Below, in pieces: positions 18,412 to 33,069 of a stretch of 64,000 nt of DNA. Made by a program: the position numbers and the translations under genes. Below the pieces are notes generated by a model. The model was not told the DNA's origin and searched no databases. It saw nothing but the letters and a program-made list of their open reading frames with translations. This DNA comes from the human T2T-CHM13v2.0 reference genome, Homo sapiens: assembly GCF_009914755.1 (NCBI RefSeq), contig NC_060947.1, one strand, 5' to 3'. Positions within the stretch are counted from its first letter, which is position 1; each line of letters starts with the position of its first letter.

Positions 18412-18507
18412 GAAGTTCCTAGTTTGTCACTTCAGAAAGTTCCTAATTTGTCACTTCAGAAAGTTCCTAATTTCTCGCTTCAAAAAGTTCCTAATTTCTC
18501 ACCTCAA
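18412..18507. repeat. 24-bp minisatellite, 4 copies
   Basis: AAGTTCCTA(A/G)TTT(G/C)TC.. starts at 18413, 18437, 18461 and 18485. Confidence 0.95.
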
Positions 18508-18858
18508 AGTATCGACTTTCTGAAACTCAAGAGGGACCCTGCTGAAAGAAACTCATCCCTGGACAGAGGAAGCAGCTCTTTCCCTGCCACCCCTTGGGCT
18601 AATGAATCTGTTCCTCCTTTCCTGGGGGCGTTCCCTTTCTAGAGGAAAACAATTATCTTCATGTCCCACCCCTTATTCACAGTAGACCTGTAACCAGCAT
18701 TAAGCTTCAGCGGTATGCTGGAGCAGGCAAATTGAAGAGTCAGTGTCAAAGATTCCAAAAGACTTCCAAGAATTTGTTACATTATATGTACCAGAAACCT
18801 GCGTATTAAGGATGCTGTACCAAGGGCAATGAAGTTTGTCCTTATGTTTGTTAGCTAG

Positions 18859-19229
<371 letters not shown>

Positions 19230-19669
19230 AGGGTGTACTTCTATTAGTTTACTGATCTGATTAACTCACATCTAGACTAAATGCTGGGATCCTAGAAATC
19301 CCCCAGCATGATACAGAGGAAGGAATTCACAGACTTTGAGAAAAAAATATGCTAGTGTAAATTTATCACCTGTGATTCGCCTGTTCATCCCCTAATAATG
19401 TCCTCTGAAAGACCAGATGACTTGAGACAAATTGGTGAGTTAACCTATGATATCTTCTTTTTTCTTTGAAAATAATGTAAAACTTTTAGAAGAATTGCAA
19501 GAATAAGAGTGGCACAAAGAACATTCATATGCCCTTTACTCAAATGTATCTATTGCTAACAGTTCACCTTATTTGCTTTATCATTTGTACACACATTCTT
19601 TTTATGTGTGTGCATGTACACACACATAATTTTTCTGAACTTTTTGAGAGTACTTTGCATATCCCATAA

Positions 19670-20007
<338 letters not shown>

Positions 20008-20285
20008 CCACTGTGTATTTTCTAAGAATAAGAATATTCTCTTACATAACCATACTATAGCTGTTAACTTCATCAAATTTAACATGAATACAAAGCTTTG
20101 ATCTAATTGAACATTCATATTCCAATTTTGCCAATTGACCAATAATGTCCTTTACAGTACTTGTTTATGCTTTAGCACAGGATCCAGTCTAGGACCAGGT
20201 ATTGCGTTTAGGTACCACGTCATTTTAGTCTCCTTTAGTCTAGAACATTTACACAATTTTTCTTTTAGAACACTGAGGTTTTTTT

Positions 20286-20535
20286 CCATCTCTAATGGTC
20301 TTTTTTTAATTTTTAATTTTTAGCTTAAGTTCTGGGATACATGTGCTGAAAGTGCAGGTTTGTTACATAGGTATACATGCGCCATGGTGGTTTGCTGCAC
20401 CTATCAACCCGTCATCTAGGTTTCAAGCCCCACATGTATTAGGTATTTGTCCTAATGCTCTCCCTCCCCTTGTCCCCCAACCCCCGACAGGTCCCGGTGT
20501 GTGATGTTCCCCTCCCTGTGTCCATGTTTTCTCAT
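20286..20535 (-). mobile_element. 5'-truncated L1PA (PA7/8-like) 3' end
   Basis: TTAAGTTCTGGGATACATGTGC...CCCTCCCTGTGTCCATG; TSD GAACA(C/T)TGAG(G/A)TTTTT. Confidence 0.9.
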
Positions 20536-22049
20536 GAACATTGAGATTTTTGAAGAATACAGTCTCCATTCCTTCTGTTTCAATAGAGTATTCCTCATTT
20601 GGAGTTTGTCCACTATTTCCTCATTTCGAGATTCATATTATGCATTCTTGGCTAGAAAACTACATAATTGATGCTGTGTCCTTCTTGGGGCATTGTATTT
20701 GAAGGCAGAGGATGATGTCTATCGGCCTCCCGCCATGGGCAATGATAATTTTGATTACCCAATCAAGTTATTTTCTGATTTTTCACTTTATAGTTACTAT
20801 TTTTTCTCTAGCAGCTAATAAGCAGTCTGTGGAGACACACTTTAAGAACAATGCAAATATTTTGCTCCTCACCAAAAATTTCCCTTTGTCTTAGCATCAG
20901 TTGATGATCCAATCTTTACTATGATGGTTGGAAAATTATGATACTCAATCCCTATTATCTTTTAAAACAACTTTATTGGCTTGTTCTTTCTAGGTGGAGA
21001 TGCTAGTGTGACATACTACGTCACAATGAGCTTGCCAATTTCAATTGGAATAATGAGTCTTGGATAGCAAAGACCAGCTGAGGACACTGAACCAGCGTAG
21101 ACATGGGGATGCTGTGAGTGCTAGAACAGGCAGCAGGGCCTGTATGGTAATCAGGAATGTGTTTCACAGGGATCTTTGGCATTGTGTAATTGAACAGGGA
21201 CCCAAGCACAGAAATAGCTGGGCAGCCTGCTGAGGTCCTTTTACAACGGACAAAACTCCTGGTTTAGTGGACAGAGACCTGACTTGATTTGCCACAACAG
21301 AGAGGCATGGCCTTTTAGCCAATTACCAGACCTGAGCAAATGAAGGGGAGGATGAGTTACCTTGAGGAAGAACACCACAAGTGTTTGCATCATTCCTCTG
21401 TGCATTCCTGTTGCATTTTCCTCTCTGCTTTTCCCCCAGTGAACCTATAGCCATTTTCCCTGGGGAAGAAGAAATACCCCCAAAGTTTGGAAATTAGTAG
21501 AGCCTATCTCTGAATTAACACTAATTTCTAGACTGCCAGAATACTATGGTCACCAGTCAGACTTTTAGAATAGGGATTGACAAGATATCAACTCAGTTTT
21601 GACCCTAGTCAGTCTCACTAGACCAATGAAACTGCCAAACCCAATCTAGTGGAAACATCTTCAGTTACTGAAGGTATAAATGACATGTATATACAGCAAA
21701 TGACAGAATGCCTCCCTGGGCTCCTTGAGCCACAGACAGGGCTTTTAAGACTATGTTGGCAAAAGGACCAAGTGAAATCTCCCAGACTTCCTCCTGCCTA
21801 ATAAAAGAGCAATACTGCCTCCCTTGTAGAACTGCAGAAGTAAATGTCATTAGCAATGACCTGTAGGATGTTGGAGTGATGACTTAATTCATATTTGGCT
21901 ACTTTAAAAGGCAGGTAGGTTTCAAAGTAACCTTAGATTGCCGTTCATTGTATGTCAACTCTAAATGTGGCTACTGTTTCAGCTATGATCTTATAGGCAC
22001 TAAACAAGTAGCTATTGATCTAATGAAAGCATTTTCTTTATATATCAAC

Positions 22050-22235
22050 CAAGGAACCAAGGTGAGGCAAGTAAAGCACTTGCCTAAGGCACAAAATTTA
22101 AGGGAGTACCAAAAAACTCAATCACCAAGATAAATAATATTTAATGCAATATTTTATAAAACCAAAATTTATGCAAAAAAATTATGAAACACAAAATAGC
22201 AAAATTTTAAATAGAAACAGGACCAGCAATAAACA
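22050..22235. mobile_element. hAT MITE (MER96-like) within the ERVL
   Basis: GGTGAGGCAAGTAAAGCACTTGCCTAAGGCACAAAATTTAAGG motif. Confidence 0.45.
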
Positions 22236-23381
22236 GAGAACACCAGAAGCAGAACACACCTTCATTGTCTTGCCACAATGTATGTCAACTCATCAGCCAC
22301 ATGCCACTCACTTGCAGGGAATCTTCATCACCTTACCATCCCACTATCATCATAAACATCATAATGCTAGTCTACCATTGATGACATCATGTTGATTGAA
22401 ACCAGAGAGCAAAAATTAGCAGGTTTCCCAGATGCTAGAAAACAATCCTCTAGAATATAGAGGAGCCTGCTGAAACTGCAGTAGTCTCAGTGGTGCAATG
22501 GTGGAAGGGGTATGTGTGTCTAGTGATCTGAGACATACTGGATATACCTTCCAAAGTGCACAAAAAGTTGTATCTTAGACTCCCTACCATTTAATGGGCT
22601 TCAGTGGGTGTTGGAAAAAACATATGTCACATTTGATTGTTGCTTCTTTCCATTTACTGGGTACTGTTAAAATCTTCTATCTTTAGGAGGACCCAGAGCA
22701 AGAGGTGGTGCTCCAGCAGCCCCAGGCTATAGTGGGTACGAGTCTGCCACGTGGCCCTTATCACCCAATAAAACCAATGCTACCCAGAACATCTGTGGCA
22801 GATTGGGATATTGTGACAGCTTGTGTAAAGTCCACAAAGCAGAATCACAGCAAGAAGCTCCTGGAGCTCTGAAACAAACCCATGTTCCCTTAAAGGAAAT
22901 AACTTCTGTCCTTTAAAAACCAATTCCTCTCTTGCTTGCAGTTTCTGGTCTAGATTGAATTTCTAACGTAGAACTTCAAATGACCATGTAACCCAAACTG
23001 TCCATCATAAATTGGGTGCTGAGAGCTACCTAACTATAAACTTGGGTGTGCCCTGAAGCATTTCATCTCCAATGGAAGCTGTGTAATTGGAATGTGACCT
23101 AAGCAGATCTTGAAGGTAAAAGCCCCAGCATACCTAATCCTGCCACACAGCCATTCTTCCAATGGCTCACCCTACAACCTCATGGGGCGTTCAAGTTGTG
23201 TTTATAGCTAGCTCTGCATAATATGCTTGCAGCACCCAGAAGTGAACTGTTCTAGAATTATAGCCCTGAAGGGTACCCCTGAAGGAGAGTGGAGAAGTAA
23301 AATTTTCCCAGCGGACAGAAGTTCAAAGAGTGCAACTTCTGGTCCACATTGCCTGCTTTACTTTTAGGCCAGGATCTATAC

Positions 23382-23589
23382 CAGGGATCAACAAACTTTT
23401 TCTCTGAAGGACCGGATAGTAAGTATCTTCTGCTTTGCTTGTCACATACAATCCCTGTTCCAACTGCTCAATTCTACCCTTGGAGTGCAAAAACCACCAC
23501 AGAGAGTATGTAAATATATTGGTATAGCTGTGTTCCAATAAAACTTTATTTACAAAAACAGGCAACAAACTGGAGTTTGCCAATCTCTG
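23382..23589. mobile_element. MER58A hAT-Charlie MITE
   Basis: TIRs CAGGGATCAACAAAC / GTTTGCCAATCTCTG; perfect 8-bp TSD ATCTATAC at 23374-23381 and 23590-23597. Confidence 0.92.
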
Positions 23590-24301
23590 ATCTATACCAA
23601 TCCATTGGCAGGAGCTAATGGTTTGGTCAGATGGTTATGGATTTGGAAGAAGTGAAAAGGAGAATTGGTAACAAGGTTGATCTCCTAATTTTGGGTTCAT
23701 AGAACCCTAAGTGGCCTGAAGATAGAACTATATAATATTATGTAATAGTGATTTCCTTAATAACCTTATGTATTCTATATGTTACACATAAAATACTATT
23801 CTGAGAAGGGATCCATAATCTTTGCCAGACTATCAAAGGCTTTGTAAGATGCAAAGAACTTCTCAGAATGGACCTAGAGAGTGAGAATTTTCATATCTCA
23901 AGTAGAATGCTTCCCAAAAGGCCCTAGTCTCCATTGCAGAGGAATGGTACCAGCAAGGTCAGGAAGAGCAAATCCAGAAATAGTTTCTATTCTAGTGAGG
24001 GGAAATTACTACCCCACCTATAATGGAAGGGGTTTAAACCAATCAACCTGCCACAAGATTATGGCTTGTCACCTCAAAGTATAGTACCCTACGAGGAACT
24101 CAGAGTTTGTTGCTGCTGCTGATGAATTGGGTTAAAGTCCATGAGATTCACTGATCTTATCATATACATTATTGCAGAAGCAGAAAACCTCATAGATTGT
24201 TGGAAAGGCTTAATGAAGACTCAGTTATGACACCACCTGGGAAGCTAACACATTGCAAGGTTGAGATGCTGTGCTATAGGATGTAGAATCACTCTGAAAG
24301 T

Positions 24302-24306
<5 letters not shown>

Positions 24307-24363
<57 letters not shown>
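24307..24363. repeat. (CT)n(AT)n compound microsatellite
   Basis: Directly visible. Confidence 0.97.
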
Positions 24364-24824
24364 GCCATTTTCTCATCATCAGAATACATGGATCTGGGAA
24401 CCAAAGGGCGGAAAAGGTTCCTAGCACCTCTCAATAGTAAACCTAATGATCCACTGACAAAACTTTTGTTTCCCATACTTGAAACTTGGAAGTTGAAGAC
24501 AGTAACCCCTGGCAGTAATGACTTCATCAGTATCAAAGGCCTTGGCAGTAGATGGCCAGCTAATGGAGGAGAATGAGTGAGGCAGCTTGATAATTGTATG
24601 AGTTACATTCCTGAGAATCCTTTTTTTTTTTTTTTCATTCCTGAGAATTCTAAGAAATAACAGGGCGGGGGCTCAGTATAGAGGGAACTGGAGATTCTTC
24701 AAGGCTGGATGGAAGTAAATCCAAAGAAATGATGTGTGTGACTTATTCTAACCACACTGTGATTACTTAGACATAACAGCAGTTTTGTCCACGAAATCTG
24801 TGAATTTTACAGTCATGCAACTAG

Positions 24825-25152
<328 letters not shown>

Positions 25153-26157
25153 GACTTATGTTTTATAATTCATATATTAATAGCTGTTTTCATTTACTTT
25201 TGATACTTTTAGTTGTTTTAGCTGTTAACATTTGTTTGCATCCTTGGGAACTTAGGTATGTACTCCCCTATCCATGTTATACCCACGGTTATCTGGAAGA
25301 ACATGGCTCTTAAGTTACTCCAGGCTGGTGTGGTCTGGGGAAGCAAGAGTTACCATACAATTTGGTACTTTGTTACATGTACTCTTCTGGTGTTCACTCT
25401 AACAGGATTCTAAGTTCCTTAAGGACAAGGACTATCTTTCATAACAATGCTACTCCAAGTGTGATCTGTGAACTGTTTTCCACTTCCTGCCTAAGTAAGT
25501 ATAGGAATTGAAATTAAACTTTTTTAAACTTTCATAGAAATTTGACAGGATAATGTAGAAACATTTTGGGATTTATACTTTCTATATTTCAGTGGTGTTT
25601 TAAAAAATGTTCTAGTATTTTAAATAACATTTTCATTTTTATTGCATTTTATACAAGTATTGGTCCACTACGATTGGAAGTTTGTAGAAAAGTCCTTCAC
25701 TACATATTTTGAGAAAGAATTCTTACTATAACACTTTTTCTTTAGATGTGAAGTTTTATTTTAAGTTTCTCTTTGAGGACAATCTTTACAGTTTAATGAG
25801 AATGACTGAACTACAAGTGACAATTTTGGCAAAATATTACCAATGAAATAAGAGGCAGAATTTAAAATAGAAAAATAAATTATTATGTATACTGCCAGTA
25901 GCATTATAGATACCATTAGATATATCTTTTAGTTAATTTATTTCAGATGAGGGACAAATGATGACTTGTAACATCTTTTGATTCTAACAAGAATTTTTTT
26001 CTTTACAAAGAAGAAAAAGATTTTATGTTTCTATTTGTTCACAATAAATTTGTTTTTATGAAACCCTAGTTTTTAATATATATACAAGTTTACTTTGAAA
26101 GACCCTTTGTAAAACACTTTTTTCACTTTTCACTTAATGGCTTTTAAAATATATTTT

Positions 26158-26477
<320 letters not shown>

Positions 26478-27339
26478 TAAAATCATGGACCTTATACTAA
26501 TTTTGCCTAGTATGGTGCTGGTTCTTAAATATATGACATATACATTAAGGTAGTCTTAATGTTGTATTTCAAGCATGTGGTCTAGAAAACCAAAAATTCT
26601 CAGAACTGAGTTGTATCACCTGAAAAATGAATAAAAATTATATCGAATAACTAGACTATTAATTCATTCAACATGTCCTGGACACCTGTGTGCCATGTAT
26701 CCAAAGATAGACCATGGTATTAAAACGTAATTTTAACTTTCTTGCAACCAGGGGTCTTCTTATTTTTTACTCCCTTAATAGCCAAGTAATTATACCCTTA
26801 AAAAGGCTTATTTTTTTTGTCTAATACCAGAAGCCTAGTTCTGAATTCATAATTATTTAAGAAGGAACTATTCTGGTACACTGAGGATTAACCCATTTCC
26901 ATATTATAATACACTATAAGGTGAAAAAAGTAGGAGATAAGACTATATGTGCACTACAATTACAAAAGAGAAAAACATGCATATGAAAATAGCCTAGAAG
27001 GCAATAAAAATGATAATAGCTGTGTTGGAGTATGGGTGGTTTGTAGTTTCTCTGTGTTTCAAACCTTTTATAATATATTACTTTCATAATTTAAAAAAAT
27101 ATGGGCAGTGGACAGGAACAGACCAGTCACAAAAGAAATTCAACTAGGAAGCAAACACAGAAAACCATTCACGCTCACTAATAAAGAAATATATATTAAA
27201 ACAACACTAGGGTGCAATTCTTCACGTAATTAACAAAAAGTAATTTTGTAACATAATACCATTAAGGATTATTATTGGGAATATAGGAGAACGGGAACTC
27301 TTATACATTGTAGGTGATACTGTAAATTGGTTTGACCCT

Positions 27340-27808
27340 TGTTATGGGTTGAATTGTGTCTTCCCCAACATGCATATGTTGAAGTCCTCACTACGAGTAC
27401 ACCAGAATGTGACCTGATGTGAAAATAGGGTCATTGGAGATGTAATTATTTAAATTAGGATGAGGTCATACTGGAATAGGATGGGCCTCTCATCCTATAT
27501 GACTGGTGTCCTTATAAAAAAAGGATATTTAGGGACAGTCACACACACAGGAAGAATGCTATGTGAAAACAAAGGCAGATATAAGGAGATGCTTCTACAA
27601 GGCAAGGAGTTTCAAAGATTGCCAGCAAACCACCAGAAGCTATGGAAGAAGCATTGAACAGATGTTTCCTCACAACTCTCAGAAGGAACCAACCCTGCCA
27701 ACACATTGATTTTGGACTTCTAGCCTCCAGAACTGTGAAACGAATTTTTGTTGTTTAAGTCACCCAATTTGTGGTACTTAGTTATGGCAGCCCTAGCAGA
27801 CCAATACG
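27340..27808 (+). mobile_element. MLT1C-like MaLR solo LTR
   Basis: TGTTATGGGTTGAATTGTGTC start; GTTATGGCAGCCCTAGCAGACCAATAC end. Confidence 0.88.
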
Positions 27809-28024
27809 ACCATTACATACTGAAAATAGCCTCCAAAAAGTCTCTATATAATATAAATATCTATGAAAAACCATATAAAAATGATGTGGTGGAACTGTTT
27901 TTTCTTTCTCTTTTACCATTTTATTTAATGTGCTTATATTATTTTTATAATGAAAGAAACATTAACAAAATATAAAAATAATTTGTTTCTTAATTCCCTT
28001 GTTGATTCATGGACCATTAATTGA

Positions 28025-28322
<298 letters not shown>

Positions 28323-29053
28323 TATCTGTTTAATTCCTAAGGGGCATTTCAGCTCTGAAATTTTTGATTCTGCAAAACATACAAGACAATAGAGTTTCCC
28401 CGTTGATGTGTTAATATTCCTTGTGGTTAAGAAAACCTTTCAAGGAAACGTGGATGGAAATTAAATATAAATCTTATTGGCATAAGGGACTCAAGTCAAA
28501 TATACAGCAATTGTAAGAATTGCAAGACTCACTGAATTCCGTGTGTCAACCCTGACAGATGCTCATCTGGCCTCTGTCCCATCACTGGCCTCTGCCCAAG
28601 TACTTACAATGATAGAGAGGTCACCGCTTGTTCATTTAGGCCAGACAATTGTTGCAGAGCAATCAGATTAAAAAGTCTTCAGTATACTGAGCTGAATTCT
28701 GCTGCTTTTTCTAGTTTCTAGGGTTCTCCTTGAAGCAACACAAAATAAATTTATTACCTTACTCATATGGCTCCCTTTAAAATATATGAAGTCTTTTCTC
28801 TTCGGGTCAAATGCTTAATTCTTGAAAATTATTCCTTATGCGATATTGCTTCCAGATTCTCTTTTCATGTTTATCCAGTCATTCTCTAGTCTATTGGTAT
28901 ACCTCAAAATATGGTACAAAAATTAAGTTTCTCCAGTTTAAGCTGAACAAAACAAATTATTGTGGAAAAATTATCACCTTTGACCTAATACTAGCCTAAA
29001 CACTAAAAATTATTATTGCTATAAATACTGTTCCAGGCCCTTTGCATATATTA

Positions 29054-29429
29054 TGATATGGTTTGGCTCTGTGTTCCCACCCAAATCTCATGTTGAATTA
29101 TAATCCCCAGTGTTGGGGGAGGGGGCCTGGTAGGAGGTGATTGGATCATGGGGCGGATTTCCCCTTTGCTGTTCTTGTGATAGTGAATTCTCAGGAGATC
29201 TGGTTGTTTAAAAGTGTGTAGCACTTCCCCCCTCACTCTTTCTCTCCTGGCCATGTGAAAATGTACCTGCTTCCCCTTTGCCTTCCACCATGATTGTAAG
29301 TTTCCTGAGGCCTCCCCAGCCATGCTTCCTGTACAGCCTGTGGAACCATAAGCCAATTAAACCTCTTTTCTTTATAAATTACCCAGTCTCAGATAGTTCT
29401 TTATAGCAATGGGAGAATGGACTAATACA
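29054..29429 (+). mobile_element. MSTA-like MaLR solo LTR
   Basis: TGATATGGTTTGGCTCTGTG...GACTAATACA; 5-bp TSD TATTA. Confidence 0.93.
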
Positions 29430-30209
29430 TATTATCTTATTTTCATCCCCTTAATCACTGTGTACTATTATTAATCATATTTTACAAATAAGAAAACAGA
29501 GGCACAGAGAAAAAATGTGCCCAAAGTCACAAACATCAAACTAAGATCAGTTGAAGCCCAAAGCCCATTCTCTTAACCAGCTACCAATATGCATTTGCTG
29601 AATAAGAGGTTAATAGATTCTTGTGGAATGAAGGAAGGATTTATATATTTACATTTTTCATAATTTGTAGGCTTGTCCTAATCCTGCCATTTATGTAATT
29701 AGCATTTAACTGAAATCCCCAGACACTGTTCCTATAAACAGCCTTTAACCCTCATTCCAAACAGCATTAGCTTTCATCTCTTTAACCTAAATGCAAAAGC
29801 CTACATTTCTCTCGATTCCATTTCACCTTGTTGTTTTGGGCTCGTTATTATAGTCCGTGAAGATATTTCTGTATGTTGCCTATCATGTCAGTGCTCTCCT
29901 ACCTTTGTGGCAACCAAAAATTTAATGAGTACACCTTCTCCAATCATTGTACAGTTGAAAACAGAGAGATAAATGCTTTGCCCTAATTTTCTATGACATA
30001 AACTATCGCTTTTATAACTATACATTTCTATGAATAAAATAAACGTGTTAATAGAAAAATTCAGTTTTCAATCTATAATTCAGTTTTAATTATTTCATGT
30101 TGATGTTCAGCTCCAATAGGACTGAATCTAAGACATTTTGGTGAAGTGTTAGGAAACGGGGAGAATGACAGCATGTAATGCAATATAAGAACCATCAGCT
30201 TTATGGAGT

Positions 30210-30770
30210 ATGTCAGTTAAGATGCCTGAATGCAAGTAATAGAAAACCCAACCCCAACTGGCTTCAACAATAAAGTCAGTTTATTAAATTATGACAAGGA
30301 GAACTGAGATAAGGCAGTTTTGGTAATTCACTGTCTCGACAATTTTATCAAGGATTCAGGTCCTTTCCATTTTTCTGCTCTGAGGTTCTCAGTTTGTCTG
30401 TTACTCTACTCATAGTTGCAGAATGGCCACAACAGCTCCAGTCACCATGTCCTCAAACAACAGCTTCCAAAGGCAAGAAGAGAGGACATCCTTTTCTGGT
30501 ATCCCTTTCTCAGAAAAAGGCTTCTGAGCAAATCTCAAATAAACTTTTCCACATGTGTTATTGACCAGAATCGTATTACATGTCTGTGCCTAAGCCAGTC
30601 ATTAACAGGAGTGATAAAATTATCATGGCTCATTTAGCCTGGCTAAGGGTTGGAACTGGAGAGAGGTGTAGCCTCTCATAAGACCCATAATGCCTCATAC
30701 CAGTACAAATTAGGGTTATGTTATCATGGAAGAGGGAGTGGTGCTAAGCAACCAATGGTGTCTGTGACAT
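30210..30770 (-). mobile_element. Old MLT1 (J/K-like) LTR
   Basis: GCAAGTAATAGAAAACCCAACCCCAACTGGCTT motif. Confidence 0.55.
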
Positions 30771-33069
30771 GTAACAGGGTATGTTCAGATATTTGAAAAT
30801 GTGGAATGAATAGAAGACATCCAAATACACTTGCACAATTATGTACAGGAAAGTTAAATACTATTTAACAGTGGAACAAAACTGTTAAAATCCAAACCAA
30901 TTGGAAAAACTAAAATAGTACAATACTCTTGATGGGCATTATTACGGATAAAAGGTGTGGCTGATAGCAAAATGCTAGAAATAAACTGCCACATATTTCA
31001 TCCATTCAACAAGGATTGTATCAAAAAGGAAGAGGAAATTTCTTTCAGAAAATCCAAGTAGAATTGAGTAAACGCACATTGAAGTAACATGATTTTGCAT
31101 TTATTTCATAGAAAAATAAGCAATATACTTCAGGCTTCCTTATGTTTATACAAGTATACGCCATAGTTTCTTTGATGTCTTCAGTATAAAAGCACACTAA
31201 TACCAGTTTTTAATAAGGAATAAGAGTGATATAGTGAATATTTCATTTTGAGGAGTTGGCAAAAAGATTATTTTTAAGTTTACTTCAAAGGAAAAGGATG
31301 AAATAATAAAAGATGAAAGACTGATTCATGTTCTCAGAGCTAGTTAATTCAGAAGACTCCATGGTCCCATTTTTATCTGCTGACTGCAATCTTTCCAAGA
31401 TAATTGATCTAGGTTTCTGTTTTATTGCATTTGCTGTCACTCATTGCATTGTTTGCCAGATTAGAAGTGTTTGATACGAGTTTACGTACTAGGTATAATT
31501 TCAATATGTCATCCAGTCTTTGTTCATCTTTCACTGCCAGTTGAAGGCTTACAGTTGGCTCTCCAGGAAATCTTAATTCACTATTATCTAACTGCTCCAT
31601 TTAAAAAAATGAGGGAGGGATTTCATCAATTGCCGTTTCCAAGATAATTCCATAAACCCTACATACTTAGAGTGACAGCAAGATAAGTTTGGTTGAAGTT
31701 TAAATTATTGAGTCTGGTTCATAACAATTTTACAAAAATAATATTGCAAGTCCCATGAGTCAGTTCCATTTCCTGGAATCAGGAAAACAGGAAGTATTTC
31801 TAAAACTATTCTAAGGATGTCAGTGGTATTCACAGGATAAAATGGGTACGGAGTACAATATTATCAAATCCAATAACATATAGAAAAGTTTTCTTATTTG
31901 GTGACCTTGGTAACTTTTGTGTATGGGACATAGTAGAACAGACAATAAATAAGAGTCTAAATACCTGTTACAGAGCTAACGGAAGGGATGTTTAGCCATG
32001 GGCACTGCAGAGTACATATGCCTCAACTGAAAAGCAGGAGGAGATACTAGAGTAGGTACACAGAAGGAAATTGGTTCCCAGCTTTCTCAGTGATGTTGTT
32101 TTTCATGCATTCGGGGGCAGGGGGTCCCCAAGAGGGGAATGACAGGTGGAATTCAAGAACAGAGCAAAGATATCTCAAAAAGTAATAATTTGCATCAGAA
32201 GATATTTCTAAGAAGCTCTGGTGAGTAATGTATTACTCAAAAGTCGTTAGCCTACAATTCCCTCTGAGGGCAAGGCTGCTGGGAGCCCCCCATCAAGTTA
32301 CAGAACAGGGAATTTTTGTGTTTAAATTCAAACAAGCTTATCAAGACTGCTGCGGCTCAGGAAATGGGCAACAAAGGAAAAGACAATAAATAAAGTGCTC
32401 TCCACAATGAAATTTGTAAAAACCTTTTAAGAAAAGTAACTATCAAAAGAATTTTGCATAATACCTTACCCCAGGGGGTTTAAATCAAAGTTTCACAAAT
32501 TCCTTATCTTCCTACAAATTGGAAAAGAAGAAAGAGCACATAAACAATACAAGAGAGCGACATCATTCACTCACTCAATAAAACATTCATTTAGCACCTA
32601 CTCATTTAGCACCAACTTTAAGCATTAAAGCATTAATACTTTAGTATTTAACTAGGATTAAAGTGCTCTACTAAAGTATTTAATTTTACTTCAGTATGAA
32701 TTTTATTTTAGTGTTTTAGTATTTAATTTTACTAAAGTATTTAATTCCTATGAAAAGGAAAAGGTAGGATGGCTGGGATTTGCTTTCAAGTGATCCCTGA
32801 CAGGAGGGAAATGTGCCAGGGTATAGGAAAATGAATAGCTATATATTGATGATTGTTGAAGGTGGGTGACAGTTACATGGGTAGTTCATTATATTATTGT
32901 CTCTGTTTCTGTGTATGTCTGTAATGTTCTATATTAAATAAATCAACATGGGGAGTCAGAGAATGCTTCCCAAAGAAGTTTGAAGGGAAATTTGAAGACG
33001 GACAAGAGCAATCTAGCTAAAAGGAACACCTATCTTCTCATCTCAAAGAACTGGGGAATAATATTAGAT

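Larger units (their letters stand above)
20990..24540 (+). mobile_element. Decayed ERVL internal region (gag/pol)
   Basis: Resembles HERVL/ERVL-E internal sequence; RT active-site relic IDDIMLI at 22377-22397; no long ORF. Confidence 0.7.

Noticed and set aside
18412-18507. 24-bp repeats as a CRISPR array, or GAAGTTCCTA as an FRT site
   Set aside because: Units are contiguous with no spacers, the context is eukaryotic, and the inverted FRT arm and spacer are absent
31409-31600. 63-aa minus-strand ORF in a non-repeat-looking stretch (30780-32560)
   Set aside because: No family recognised and no splice or promoter support; only a BLAST or conservation check could rescue it
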